Notes: a model not told the origin generated them from the letters alone. Counted from the first letter of the stretch, positions 9,390-19,383 are shown. The stretch is DNA of 64,000 nt from an uncultured Calditrichaceae bacterium (GCA_964495805.1 CAZBWV010000088.1:28886-92885); one strand, 5' to 3'. Made by a program: numbers and translations.

Positions 9390-11621
9390 TTAATTATGCA
9401 CTGCTTTCTTACGGACAAAATTTTCCACCCGTTCCACGCTGATCATTCCACGCACCTTATTGATTGCGTTGATTACCCGGGTAAGATGAGGTAAATTTTT
9501 TACTTCCACAATAATTTTCCCCATCATCAAACGGTCCTTTGCTTTTAAATCCACATGAATAATGTTGGTATTAGCCGAAGCAATGGCATTGGTAATATCC
9601 CGCAACAGATTTTTCCGATCCTCTCCCAATAGTTGTAACTGAACCTTAAAGCGCTCTTCCGCTTCCACTGTCCAGTTGACTTCGATGGTGCGGTCTTTTT
9701 TGTTTTTATCCAGCAAACGCTGGACGTTGGGACAGCTGGTGCGATGGATGGTTACCCCTTTTCCCTTGGTCACGTAACCAATGATTTCGTCCCCGGGAAC
9801 CGGCTGGCAGCACTTACCAATGTGCACCACCATGTTATCAATTCCCTCCACCTGAATGGCCGAGTGCTTTTTGCTCCGACGAAAAATTCGGTCGATGAGG
9901 GAGTCCCGGGATTCTTCGATTTTCTCTTCTGAAATGGCCGAAAATACTTTTTCGATGGTAATTTCTCCCCGACCGACCGCCGCTTTCAGGTTCTCGAAAT
10001 CATCGAAATGGAGTTTGCGCAGCATCTCAGCAATTTTCTGATCATCCAGTTTAATATGGTACCGCTTGAAGTATTTGTTCAGGATTTCCTCACCCAATTT
10101 TACGCTGTGTTGAAACTGCACCACCCGCAGGTATTTGCGAATATGATGCCTCGCTTTGCTGGTTTTCACAAAGGTAAGCCAATCCTGGCTGGGATGCTGA
10201 TTCTGACTGGTGATAATCTCCACCTGATCACCACTCATCAATTCGGACTTCAGTGGGACAATCCGTCCGTTCACTTTGGCACCGATACAATGCATCCCCA
10301 CATTGGTATGCACGGCGAAGGCAAAATCCACCGGTGTTGCCCCCTTGGGGAGCTTAATTACATCACCCTGAGGAGTAAAAACAAATACTTCATCCTGAAA
10401 GAGATTAATCTTCAGGCTATCCAGAAAATCTTTGGCGTCCACCGTCTCGCCATCTTCAAACTGTTCCAGTAACTGCCGCACCCATACCAGTTTCTGGTCG
10501 ATGTCGTCCTTGTTCTCCACTCCCCGACCTTCTTTGTACCGCCAGTGAGCTGCAATACCCATCTCGGCTATCCGGTGCATCTCCCGGGTGCGAATTTGCA
10601 CCTCCACCATGCGACCGGAGGGATCCACCACCGTGGTGTGCAGGGATTGGTATCCGTTAAATTTGGGCATGGCGATGTAATCCTTAAACCGTTCGTACAC
10701 CGGAATGAACAGATTGTGAATAATTCCCAGCACGTAATAACATTCTTCCACACTATCCACAATAATGCGAATGGCAAACAGATCATAAATTTCTTCTAAC
10801 GGTTTATTCCGGGTGCGCATCTTCCGGTAAATGCTGTAAAGGTGTTTGGGACGTCCCTGGACTTCCGCTTTTACATTGTGAGCATCCAGCTCTTTTTTAA
10901 TGGGTTCAATGATTTTACGGATGTAAGCTTCCCGCTCTTCTTTTTTCTCCCGCAGCCGCCGTGCCAGATCGGTGTACGCTTTGTTGTCGATAAACTTGAA
11001 CGCCAGGTCTTCTAACTCGCTTTTCACCTTTGCCATCCCGAAACGATGGGCCAGCGGAGCGTACACATCCCGGGTTTCCAGCGCAATGCGGAGCCGTTTC
11101 TTAGCCGCCACATGCTGAAGCGTACGCATGTTGTGCAGACGGTCGGCAAATTTAATGATTATCACCCGGATGTCCCTGGCCATGGAGAGCAACATCTTTC
11201 GGAAGGTTTCCGCCTGCCTGAGTTCCAGACTGATGGATTTGCGCCCGCTGATTTCGCTGATTTTGGTAACCCCATTTACCAGATTGGCAATATCCTTATT
11301 AAACAACTCTTTCAGGTCATCCAGAGTAAAACCAGTATCTTCCACCACATCGTGTAGTAATCCGGCGGCAATGGTGGTGCTATCCATACGCAATTCAGCC
11401 AGAATCTTCGCCACATTAATGCAATGCTCAAAATAAGGTTCACCGGAATACCGGTACTGATCGCGGTGTGCCCACAAGCCAAACCGAAAGGCTTTGTCCA
11501 GCAATTCCCGATTGCAATTGGCATTGTACTGGCACACCGAATCCACCAATTCCTGGAACTCCGGTTGGTATCTCTCTAAAAGTTCTCGATATCTTTTATC
11601 ATTTTCATCAATGCGAAACAT
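9390..11621 (-). CDS. rel: bifunctional (p)ppGpp synthetase/hydrolase RelA/SpoT (Rel)
   Basis: HD hydrolase motif HDVVEDT, synthetase domain, then TGS and ACT regions. Length is 743 aa. Confidence 0.9.
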   Translation of the reverse strand: MFRIDENDKRYRELLERYQPEFQELVDSVCQYNANCNRELLDKAFRFGLWAHRDQYRYSGEPYFEHCINVAKILAELRMDSTTIAAGLLHDVVEDTGFTLDDLKELFNKDIANLVNGVTKISEISGRKSISLELRQAETFRKMLLSMARDIRVIIIKFADRLHNMRTLQHVAAKKRLRIALETRDVYAPLAHRFGMAKVKSELEDLAFKFIDNKAYTDLARRLREKKEEREAYIRKIIEPIKKELDAHNVKAEVQGRPKHLYSIYRKMRTRNKPLEEIYDLFAIRIIVDSVEECYYVLGIIHNLFIPVYERFKDYIAMPKFNGYQSLHTTVVDPSGRMVEVQIRTREMHRIAEMGIAAHWRYKEGRGVENKDDIDQKLVWVRQLLEQFEDGETVDAKDFLDSLKINLFQDEVFVFTPQGDVIKLPKGATPVDFAFAVHTNVGMHCIGAKVNGRIVPLKSELMSGDQVEIITSQNQHPSQDWLTFVKTSKARHHIRKYLRVVQFQHSVKLGEEILNKYFKRYHIKLDDQKIAEMLRKLHFDDFENLKAAVGRGEITIEKVFSAISEEKIEESRDSLIDRIFRRSKKHSAIQVEGIDNMVVHIGKCCQPVPGDEIIGYVTKGKGVTIHRTSCPNVQRLLDKNKKDRTIEVNWTVEAEERFKVQLQLLGEDRKNLLRDITNAIASANTNIIHVDLKAKDRLMMGKIIVEVKNLPHLTRVINAINKVRGMISVERVENFVRKKAVHN

Positions 11622-11636
11622 AAAAAACCATTATTT

Positions 11637-11894
11637 CTAATTTTTCGATCCTACTCGAATCAATCCCCGCTCCCGTAAAACCCGGAAGAAGCGCGGAGTG
11701 TAAATTAATTCGAACTCCCGCTCCTTATCAGGAAACAGGAACAGAGCAAAATGGCGGACATTCTCGATGTATTGCAACGCTTCCGGTAAGGTCAGGTCGC
11801 GTACCTGGCTGAGCAACTGAAGGGTCATATCCACCATCAACTGCAAACGGCGAATCTTGCGATTCTCTTCCCGAATCAACTCATTTTTATTCAT
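11637..11894 (-). CDS. hypothetical small protein, first gene ahead of rel
   Basis: ORF on the same strand directly upstream of rel. I took the start at MNKNELIR. It does not match the RpoZ signature. Confidence 0.3.
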   Translation of the reverse strand: MNKNELIREENRKIRRLQLMVDMTLQLLSQVRDLTLPEALQYIENVRHFALFLFPDKEREFELIYTPRFFRVLRERGLIRVGSKN

Positions 11895-12141
11895 ATCCGC
11901 CCCATGTTTATTAAATAAAAAACTACGGAAACAATTCAGAAAATTCAAGCAGTTATTTCCAGTTTTTCAGACAATTCATGTTTTTATACCCAACCCATCC
12001 AATAAGTTTCCCCATCTCCCTCGCTTTCCTCTTTCATCTTTTCTCTTTTCTCTTTTTTTATTGGATACCCATAGATTTTCTCCTAAATTCGCACAACTTT
12101 TGCATTACAGCAAAATACATTTAACACAGGAGGAAATTCTC

Positions 12142-12666
12142 ATGCGATCTTTCATCATGTTTCTGGTTATCTTCTCGCTGGCCATGTTCGGTTGCGGGAA
12201 GAAAAAAAGCGAACAGACAGCCAAACCAACCGCCAGTAAACAACCAATGGCTACCCAACCGGAGGAACAAAAAGTGGGGGTAGCAGTGGATAAGCCTCAT
12301 GACATTCCGGAAGATCAGTTTACCACCACTGCCAGCGGTTTGAAATATGCAGATATTGTGGTGGGTCAGGGAGAACAGCCGGAAAAGGGTGATGTCGTGG
12401 TGGTGCACTACACGGGCTGGTTAACCGATGGCAAGCGGTTCGATAGTTCGGTTCTACGCGGCAAACCGTTTAAATTTCCGCTGGGAATGCACCGGGTAAT
12501 TGCCGGTTGGGACGAAGGTGTAGCCAGTATGCATGTGGGTGGTGTGCGCCAGTTGATTATTCCGCCGGAACTGGCCTATGGTGGTCGCGGCGCCGGTGGG
12601 GTGATTCCACCCAATGCCACCCTGATTTTTGAAGTCCAAATGCTCGGTATCGAAAAGGCCAAATAA
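12142..12666 (+). CDS. FKBP-type peptidyl-prolyl cis-trans isomerase, lipoprotein
   Basis: AGGAGG SD at 12128-12133. Lipobox FGCGKK. FKBP domain GDVVVVHYTGWLTDGKRFDSS...GWDEGVASMHVGGVRQLIIPPELAYG. The ORF-track start at 11857 is a spurious 5' extension. Confidence 0.85.
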   Translation: MRSFIMFLVIFSLAMFGCGKKKSEQTAKPTASKQPMATQPEEQKVGVAVDKPHDIPEDQFTTTASGLKYADIVVGQGEQPEKGDVVVVHYTGWLTDGKRFDSSVLRGKPFKFPLGMHRVIAGWDEGVASMHVGGVRQLIIPPELAYGGRGAGGVIPPNATLIFEVQMLGIEKAK

Positions 12667-12671
12667 TGAAA

Positions 12672-12699
12672 GGGCGAAATCCGTTTCGCCCTTTTTTTC
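12672..12699 (+). terminator. rho-independent terminator after the FKBP gene
   Basis: GGGCGAAAtccgTTTCGCCC followed by TTTTTTT. Confidence 0.7.
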
Positions 12700-12948
12700 T
12701 TTCATGATGATCTCACTTGCCACATATCAAGCAAAAACAAATTCTCCCTCTGCCATGGTTGAATAGTCAGAATTTCGTTATTTTCCGCATCTCAATCTCT
12801 CAAAGAGAACCGTCTGCCCCCTTTTCATCCAGATGGCTAAATTGTATTTATTCGGACAGAAGCATATAAGATTACACAAACTAACCACTATTCATATACA
12901 CACTTTTTCACACTAAATATGGAATATCTTTGCTTTCGCCATTACCCT

Positions 12949-13359
12949 TTACCCCAATCCTGTCTCATCCTTCCGCAGGAATAACATGAAAGCGTCGTTC
13001 ACGTCTTCGAATTCCAGCGCGTGGCGCTTGCAGCCGTTGCGGGAACAGATTTTAATCGTTCCACCATATTCCAGTTGCAAGCCAATCATGGGTGCTTTGC
13101 ATTCACATATCTGTAGAACCGGAAAAGGTTCGTGGCAGTGGGGACAGGAAAAAGCAGCAATGGCACCAACCACGTCTTTCACACCTTCAAATTTTTTTTC
13201 GTAGCTCCCGTAAATCTGACTTAAATAAATTTTCCCCAGTTTACCGCCCATCTTTGCTTCCAGCTCAATAGCCGGTAAACCATCCAGCTTCACTTTATCG
13301 GTCAGTAACGATTTGCCACAATTCGAACACTTAACTGGTATGTTAATCTGGTGGCCCAT
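12949..13359 (-). CDS. Cys-rich zinc-ribbon protein, last gene of the NuoEF-fusion operon
   Basis: Four Cys pairs: CSNCG, CPHCH, CEC and CSRNGC. It starts 88 nt downstream of the fusion gene on the same strand. Confidence 0.5.
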   Translation of the reverse strand: MGHQINIPVKCSNCGKSLLTDKVKLDGLPAIELEAKMGGKLGKIYLSQIYGSYEKKFEGVKDVVGAIAAFSCPHCHEPFPVLQICECKAPMIGLQLEYGGTIKICSRNGCKRHALEFEDVNDAFMLFLRKDETGLG

Positions 13360-13447
13360 ACCACCTCCCGGATTATTGATTTCGTATTTTTTTAAACTTC
13401 CCGGATTCCGGGAAGTTCTTCCCGATACAGTTATTTCAACGATTCCC

Positions 13448-16400
13448 TTATACTTTTAGCACAAAATGCAAATCGTCGGTTCGGTATTTCACATTTCGAG
13501 AGGCCGAAAACGAATCGAACCACTTGAGCAGGAAGTTTCCGCCATAAGGCACCGTCTGAATACGGGCTTTTTTCAGAAGCTCCGGTTTCGGGATGTACCC
13601 ATTCCGGAACAGAGCAATTTCCTGGCGATATTCCGGAATCATCTGCTCAATTTCTGCGGTTACTTCCTCTCCGCGTTGCAATTTAAATATTCGCCCCAGA
13701 GATGCGCTCAAATCCACCAGAATTTGCCAGTTCTCCCGACCAATCCTGGAGGGAAGGGCGGCTCGAAATCGTTGTACCCGACCTTCTGCATTGGTGATGG
13801 TTCCGCTGTTTTCCGCAAACGGTGCCAGAGGGAATACAACATCCGCCTGTTTTGCCGTTTCGGTCATAAACATATCTGCAACAATCAGGAATTGGTGGTC
13901 TGATTTTTTCCATTTCATCTCAGCGGTTCCCAGCGGATCCTGTGCCCAGAAGATGGCTGCAGGAATTCGACCCAATCGCCACTCTTTCAGCAGTGCTGCT
14001 GTGGAACGCCCCGGGCGTCGGGGTAACTCTGCTTCCCACTCCTGATTAAACCGCTCGATAACCTGGGGATTGTCCACCCGCTGGTAGCCGGGTAAATATT
14101 CCGGTAACATCCCCATATCCAGCATCCCCTGGAAGTTTACCTCTTCGGGAACCGAAAGCAGAATTTCGCTTTTACCCAGCACATAAGCCAGGGTATTCAA
14201 CCAGTGCACGGTTTCCGCATCTCTGCGCGAACGATGACACACAAAGAGAGGACGTTCCGCTTTCAGCAGTTTTCGGAAGAATTTTTTCAACTCACCGGTA
14301 CTCAAGCCAAAATCGCTCGCTTTCTTTTTACGCGAGATTTCTCCAAGCTCGTTGCGCAGCATCTCCAGGGTGGAAGCGGGAATATGGCGGGCATATTTCT
14401 CCTGTTCGATTACAGAATCCACCAGAAATTTAAGGAATTCCACCCGATGTTCTTCAGAAACGGGTAAATTCTCGCCCCAGCGCGCCAGACGGGAATCCGG
14501 TTGATTCAGGATGTAGAGCGGTTGCCCGCGTCGGGCGGCTTTGTGCAGTTTAATGTAAAGCACGGGATGCGTTTCCATGGGGTCGAAATTGCCCACCAGC
14601 AGGAAGTCGCTGCTTTCAATCTTCTCGAATGTAGCATTGGACATGGAAGCGCGGAGCAACTCCTCGGGTAGTTCATTGAGATTGGCCAGTGAGCCCACAT
14701 TGTTGGTGCCCAGCACCACACGGGCAAACTTTTGTAACAGATAGTTCTCCTCATTGGTTACCGTCGGAGAACCAAAGACTGCCCATTCGGTATCTTCTTT
14801 TTGCAGATCCATAATACGTCGCGCAGTAAACAGGTACGCCTCGTCCCAGCTCACCGGTTGCAACTCACCATCTTTGCGGATATGGGGTTGAGTGAGCCGT
14901 TCATCGCTATTCACATAGCGGAACCCATACCGTCCCTTCACGCACAGATTGCCAAATTCGTTAACCACTGCTTCGCGGTCGGCAGAAGTTTTCATCCAGC
15001 GGTCGTCCAGAATTTCCGCCTGCAGGCTGCAGCCCACACTACAATACTGGCAGATGGTTTTCTCCTTTTCCAGAATCCACGGACCGGGTTTTACGGCATC
15101 CGGTTTGTCCACCAGAGCACCGGTGGGACAGGTTTCCACGCACTGTCCGCAGGAGATGCACTGGCTCTCTGCCAGCGGAACTTCCAGCGTCGGTTTGACC
15201 TTGGTGTCGAATCCACGCTTCACAAACCCGAACACACCCAATCCCATCACCTCGTCGCAGATGCGCACACAGCGGCCGCAAAGGATGCACTTATTCAATT
15301 CAATCTTAATGAAAGGATGACTGTCATCGGGTGGCAGGTCATGGAATTCTCCCTGAAATGCAGTCTGGTCCGCCTGATAATCGGTGGAATGTTTCTGTAA
15401 GTCGCACTCGTAGAATGCCTGGCATCCACACTCCAGGCAGCGCAGGGATTCCTGATACACCTGCTCTTCACTGAAGCCCAGTTCCACTTCTTCCCAGCTG
15501 TGCGCCCGCTCCCGGGCATCCCGGACGGGCATCTTCTGACGCGGAATTTTTGGAACATCAGCAAAATCTTCCGGTTGCGGCGGTCTCAGATTTTCCCGAC
15601 GACTGATGAACGGCTTCCTGGGATAGGCCAGTTCCTCTCCGGTAATGTATTTGTGAATGGCCTGGGCAGCTTTTCCTCCCTGAGCGATGGCTTCGATGGC
15701 AGTGGCTGGTCCCAGCACTACATCTCCCCCGGCAAACACACCGGGAATGTTGGTTTCCATGATTTCCGGTTTGACTTCCAGAGTACCCCAGCGGGTGGTT
15801 TTAATCTCCAGCAGCTTGCCATCCTTCCCGGCATACTCCAGGTCCGGCTTCTGCCCGATGGCGGCAATGACCCAATCCACCTCAATAACATAGTTGGAAC
15901 CCTCGATGGGAATGGGACGGCGACGTCCACTGGCATCGGGTGGTCCAAGCTCCATTTTCACACACTCAATGCCGGTTACCCGATTGTTTTCGTCGGTAAG
16001 AATTTTCACCGGTGCGGTCAGAAAGGTGAATTTGACTCCTTCTTCCCGGGCTTCTTCGATTTCAATTTTATTGGCAGGCATTTCTTTGATGGTGCGCCGG
16101 TAAACGATGTTGACCTCATCGGCTCCCAGGCGCAGCGCAGTCCGGGCGGCATCCATGGCTGTGTTTCCACCACCAATTACAGCTACTTTGCCAGAAAGCT
16201 TTTTCACCTTGCCCAGCTTTACCTCTTCCAGAAACTCGATTCCAGCCAGCACTCCTTCGGCATCTTCATTCTCCACACGCATACTGGTGCTGGCTTGCGC
16301 ACCCAATCCCAGAAAAATAGCTTCGTAACCGTCGTCAAATAGCGAATCGATGGTGAAATCCCGTCCCAGAGCTTTATTGCAATAGATTTCCACCCCCAGT

Positions 16401-17164
16401 TTTGTGATGCCTTCAATTTCTTTATCCAGGATTTTTTCCGGAAGGCGGTATTCGGGAATTCCCCAGCGCAGCATGCCACCGGGTTTGGGCTTGGCATCGA
16501 AAATGTGCACAGTGTGGCCTTCCTGACGCAGGTAATAGGCAGCAGAAAGTCCCGCCGGACCGGCGCCGATTATGGCAATCCGATGACCGGTATCCGGTTT
16601 TACCTCGGGGAAGTAACGGTCGGGACTCTCCAGATCGTAGTCCGCCAAAAAACGTTTAACGTGGTCGATGGCTTCCGCTTCATCCACCAGATTTCGCCGA
16701 CATGCCAGCTCGCAAGGTCGCGTACACACCCGACCGCATACCGTGGGGAGCGGATTGGTTTGTTTGATGAGCGCAATGGCTTCCTTGTATTTGCCCAGGG
16801 CGGCCAGCGCCAGATATCCCTGTACATCCACCCCGGCAGGACAGGTTAGTTTACACGGTCCCAGACAATCTGCATAATGGTTGCTCAGCATCAGCTCCAG
16901 CGCCATTTTGCGCGCTTCGCGAATCGCCTCGCTGTTGGTGGTAATCTTCATCCCGGGGTTTACTTTAGTGGCACAGGACGGTACAAACGTTCGGGCACCC
17001 TCCACCTGCACCACACATAGAAAACAGGAGGTAAACGGTTCCAGCTGATCATCGTGGCAAAGTGTGGGAATGTGAATTCCCTGTTCCCGACACACCTGCA
17101 AAATCGTCTGACCGCTTTCGGCAATCACCGTCTTCCCGTCTATAAATACCTGCACTTTGCTCAT
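13448..17164 (-). CDS. multidomain FeS flavoprotein: 2Fe-2S ferredoxin + GltD-like NAD(P)H oxidoreductase + NuoG-type FeS clusters + degenerate formate-dehydrogenase-like (MopB) domain
   Basis: N-terminal 2Fe-2S fold (CHDD...C..C). GltD motifs CLGPCKLTCP...NPLPTVCGRVCTRPCELAC, FAD/NAD folds IAIIGAGPAGLSAA and VAVIGGGNTAMDAA. Cluster motifs CLECGCQAFYEC, CILCGRCVRIC and CISCGQCVETCP. MopB N-terminal cluster CQYCSVGC...LCVKG. The catalytic Cys/Sec-His region is replaced by SLANLNELPEEL. Confidence 0.8.
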   Translation of the reverse strand: MSKVQVFIDGKTVIAESGQTILQVCREQGIHIPTLCHDDQLEPFTSCFLCVVQVEGARTFVPSCATKVNPGMKITTNSEAIREARKMALELMLSNHYADCLGPCKLTCPAGVDVQGYLALAALGKYKEAIALIKQTNPLPTVCGRVCTRPCELACRRNLVDEAEAIDHVKRFLADYDLESPDRYFPEVKPDTGHRIAIIGAGPAGLSAAYYLRQEGHTVHIFDAKPKPGGMLRWGIPEYRLPEKILDKEIEGITKLGVEIYCNKALGRDFTIDSLFDDGYEAIFLGLGAQASTSMRVENEDAEGVLAGIEFLEEVKLGKVKKLSGKVAVIGGGNTAMDAARTALRLGADEVNIVYRRTIKEMPANKIEIEEAREEGVKFTFLTAPVKILTDENNRVTGIECVKMELGPPDASGRRRPIPIEGSNYVIEVDWVIAAIGQKPDLEYAGKDGKLLEIKTTRWGTLEVKPEIMETNIPGVFAGGDVVLGPATAIEAIAQGGKAAQAIHKYITGEELAYPRKPFISRRENLRPPQPEDFADVPKIPRQKMPVRDARERAHSWEEVELGFSEEQVYQESLRCLECGCQAFYECDLQKHSTDYQADQTAFQGEFHDLPPDDSHPFIKIELNKCILCGRCVRICDEVMGLGVFGFVKRGFDTKVKPTLEVPLAESQCISCGQCVETCPTGALVDKPDAVKPGPWILEKEKTICQYCSVGCSLQAEILDDRWMKTSADREAVVNEFGNLCVKGRYGFRYVNSDERLTQPHIRKDGELQPVSWDEAYLFTARRIMDLQKEDTEWAVFGSPTVTNEENYLLQKFARVVLGTNNVGSLANLNELPEELLRASMSNATFEKIESSDFLLVGNFDPMETHPVLYIKLHKAARRGQPLYILNQPDSRLARWGENLPVSEEHRVEFLKFLVDSVIEQEKYARHIPASTLEMLRNELGEISRKKKASDFGLSTGELKKFFRKLLKAERPLFVCHRSRRDAETVHWLNTLAYVLGKSEILLSVPEEVNFQGMLDMGMLPEYLPGYQRVDNPQVIERFNQEWEAELPRRPGRSTAALLKEWRLGRIPAAIFWAQDPLGTAEMKWKKSDHQFLIVADMFMTETAKQADVVFPLAPFAENSGTITNAEGRVQRFRAALPSRIGRENWQILVDLSASLGRIFKLQRGEEVTAEIEQMIPEYRQEIALFRNGYIPKPELLKKARIQTVPYGGNFLLKWFDSFSASRNVKYRTDDLHFVLKV

Positions 17165-17436
17165 TTCTTGCTCCCATTCTTTAAAAAATTCCCGACATTC
17201 ATCCCCTCACCTCCGCTTTTCCGTCTATCTCTCAAAGCCATAACTTGCTCGCAATTCATTTCCATGTAAAAACCACATGTGCACAAAAATGAAACAGCTT
17301 CACCCCATCATCCCGTTCATTTTTTCCTGATCCACAATTTCCAATTCCCCAACACCTGGACTCCCCCACTTCTTTCAACCCTTTAAACCCCCATTCCCTT
17401 ACATCCCTTTCATTTTACATTTTACATTTCAACACC

Positions 17437-17520
17437 TCCCCTATCCCCCCATTTCCCCTATTCCCCTTATATCCCTTATATCCCCTATATCCCCTACATC
17501 CCCTATATCCCGTATTTCCC
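17437..17520. repeat. tandem 9-bp repeat, about 9 copies of ATCCCCTAT on the top strand (GGGGATATA-type G-tracts on the operon mRNA strand)
   Basis: Direct read: tcccctatc cccccattt cccctattc cccttatat cccttatat cccctatat cccctacat cccctatat cccgtattt. It lies in a 385-bp pyrimidine-rich non-coding spacer between the nuoF-like gene and the fusion gene. Confidence 0.7.
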
Positions 17521-17550
17521 TTCTACCCCTCACCTCCCTCCAACCCTTCC

Positions 17551-19371
17551 TCACGCCTCTTCCACTTCCTCCTTCACACCGGTTAAAATTTCGATGGCAT
17601 CGAACTTACACACATCGTAACAGGCGCCGCAGCGGGTACACATCTCTTCGTTGATGTAGTGCGGTTTCAGTTTTTCGCCGGTGATGGCGCCCACGGGACA
17701 GGCACGCAGGCACACCATGCAGCCAGTACAGGCGTCGGCAATAACCCGATAGGTAATCAGCGCCCGACAGCTTTTGGCGGGACATTCCTTGCGATAGATA
17801 TGGGCTTCGTACTCTTCCCGGAAGTATTTCAGCGTGGTTAGCACCGGATTGGGAGCCGTTTGCCCCAGACCGCACAGCGAACTTTTTTTGACGTTCTCCG
17901 CCAGTTTTTCCAGCTTATCCAGATCTTCCGGTTTGCCTTCGCCATTGGTGATGCGTTCCAGAATTTCCAGCATTCGTTTGGTACCCAGGCGGCAGAAGGT
18001 GCATTTACCGCACGATTCTTCCTGGGTAAAATTCAGGAAGAACTTCGCCACATCCACCATACAGGTGCGATCGTCCATGACCACCATACCACCGGAGCCC
18101 ATGATGGCGCCGGTTTTATTCAGCGATTCATAATCCACCGGTGTATCCAGCAGCTCTGCCGGGACGCACCCGCCGGAGGGACCACCCAACTGCACCGCTT
18201 TGAACTGTCGGTCGTCCTTGATGCCACCACCAATATCGAAAATGACTTCTTTCAGGGTCATTCCCATTGGTACTTCCACCATACCGCCGCGTTTAATTTT
18301 ACCGGCCAGAGCAAACACTTTGGTGCCCTTGCTTTTTTCCGTACCATAGCGGGCGAACTGGTCGGCGCCGTTCAGGATAATCCATGGCACATTGGCGTAG
18401 GTTTCCACATTGTTGATATTGGTGGGCTTCCCCCACAATCCTTTCACGGCAGGGAACGGCGGACGCAGGCGGGGCATACCACGCTTGCCTTCCACACTGG
18501 CAATCAGTGCTGTTTCCTCGCCGCACACAAACGCACCCGCTCCCAGCTTCAGCGAAATATCGAAAGAGAAATCGCTTCCCAGAATCTTCTTCCCCAGGAA
18601 TCCCTTTTCCCGCGCTTGCTGGATGGCAATTTCCAGCCGTTGCACCGCCAGAGGATACTCCGCGCGCACATAAATAATCCCTTCCTGCGCACCGATCGCA
18701 TATCCGGCAATCAGCATCCCTTCCAGCACGCTATGCGGGTCACCTTCCATGACGCTGCGATCCATAAAAGCGCCGGGGTCTCCTTCGTCTCCGTTGCAGA
18801 TGATATACTTGGTTTTTCCCGGTGACTGGCGGGCAAATTGCCATTTGATACCGGTGGGGAAACCGGCACCACCGCGTCCGCGCAAACCGGACTGCTTAAT
18901 CTCTTCAATGACCTCCTGCGGACTCATCCGGAACAGCACCTTGCGCAGCGCCTGGTAACCTTTTTGTGCCAGATAATCGTCGATATGCTCGGGATTGATT
19001 TTCCCGGCATTGCGCAGCACAATGCGAACCTGCCGCTCGAATAGCTCATTTTCCGCCTGCTCAATCCCCTCGCCTTTCACCACCCAATCTTCAATAATTT
19101 CCCTGTTCCGGAGGTGTTTTTCCAGAATCTGGGGCAGTTTCTTGGGAGTCACATCCCCGTAAATTACCGGGGGCATATCGGGCATCTGGATTTCGATGAG
19201 CGGTTCGCGGTAGCAGGCACCGATACAGCCGGTTTTTTCCAGTTCAACGGGTAAATTTTCCTGAGCAATCTTTTTCTCCAGCGCAGCGTACACATCGGCT
19301 GCTCCGGCAGCAATGCCACAACTGGCCATTCCCACCAATATCTTTATTTTTCCGTTTTTCGGGGAATTCAT
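17551..19371 (-). CDS. NuoF-like NADH-binding FMN/FeS flavoprotein (HydB/HndC/StnB-type) with a C-terminal 2x[4Fe-4S] ferredoxin domain
   Basis: GAGGAGFPTGIKW, CGKCTFCRLGT, and C-terminal motifs CTGCMVCLRACP and CTRCGACYDVC. Length is 606 aa. Confidence 0.85.
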   Translation of the reverse strand: MNSPKNGKIKILVGMASCGIAAGAADVYAALEKKIAQENLPVELEKTGCIGACYREPLIEIQMPDMPPVIYGDVTPKKLPQILEKHLRNREIIEDWVVKGEGIEQAENELFERQVRIVLRNAGKINPEHIDDYLAQKGYQALRKVLFRMSPQEVIEEIKQSGLRGRGGAGFPTGIKWQFARQSPGKTKYIICNGDEGDPGAFMDRSVMEGDPHSVLEGMLIAGYAIGAQEGIIYVRAEYPLAVQRLEIAIQQAREKGFLGKKILGSDFSFDISLKLGAGAFVCGEETALIASVEGKRGMPRLRPPFPAVKGLWGKPTNINNVETYANVPWIILNGADQFARYGTEKSKGTKVFALAGKIKRGGMVEVPMGMTLKEVIFDIGGGIKDDRQFKAVQLGGPSGGCVPAELLDTPVDYESLNKTGAIMGSGGMVVMDDRTCMVDVAKFFLNFTQEESCGKCTFCRLGTKRMLEILERITNGEGKPEDLDKLEKLAENVKKSSLCGLGQTAPNPVLTTLKYFREEYEAHIYRKECPAKSCRALITYRVIADACTGCMVCLRACPVGAITGEKLKPHYINEEMCTRCGACYDVCKFDAIEILTGVKEEVEEA

Positions 19372-19383
19372 CGGAATCGTCCT

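Noticed and set aside
11857-12141. Long 5' extension of the FKBP ORF in the track (start at 11857)
   Set aside because: The extension translates a pyrimidine-rich promoter region and overlaps the divergent upstream gene. A perfect AGGAGG SD precedes the internal ATG at 12142, which begins a lipoprotein signal peptide.
13466-16342. Several long plus-strand ORFs (13466..13903, 14801..15400, 15500..16342 and others) inside the fusion gene
   Set aside because: They are antisense to a well-supported 1238-aa CDS with clear cofactor motifs. They have no SD sequences. Their skewed, Pro/Gly/Arg-rich composition is typical of shadow ORFs.
17270-17290. Overlapping palindromes CACATGTG and TGTGCACA in the operon spacer as a regulator site
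   Set aside because: The palindromes are short (8 bp) and occur once. They are noted but too weak to call a binding site.
17437-17520. Possible CRISPR array
   Set aside because: The repeats are only 9 bp, directly tandem without spacers, and no cas genes are present. This is a simple tandem repeat.
17860-18825. 321-aa plus-strand ORF inside the nuoF-like gene
   Set aside because: Antisense shadow ORF of a gene with strong NuoF motifs. Its His/Gly-rich low-complexity translation looks non-biological.
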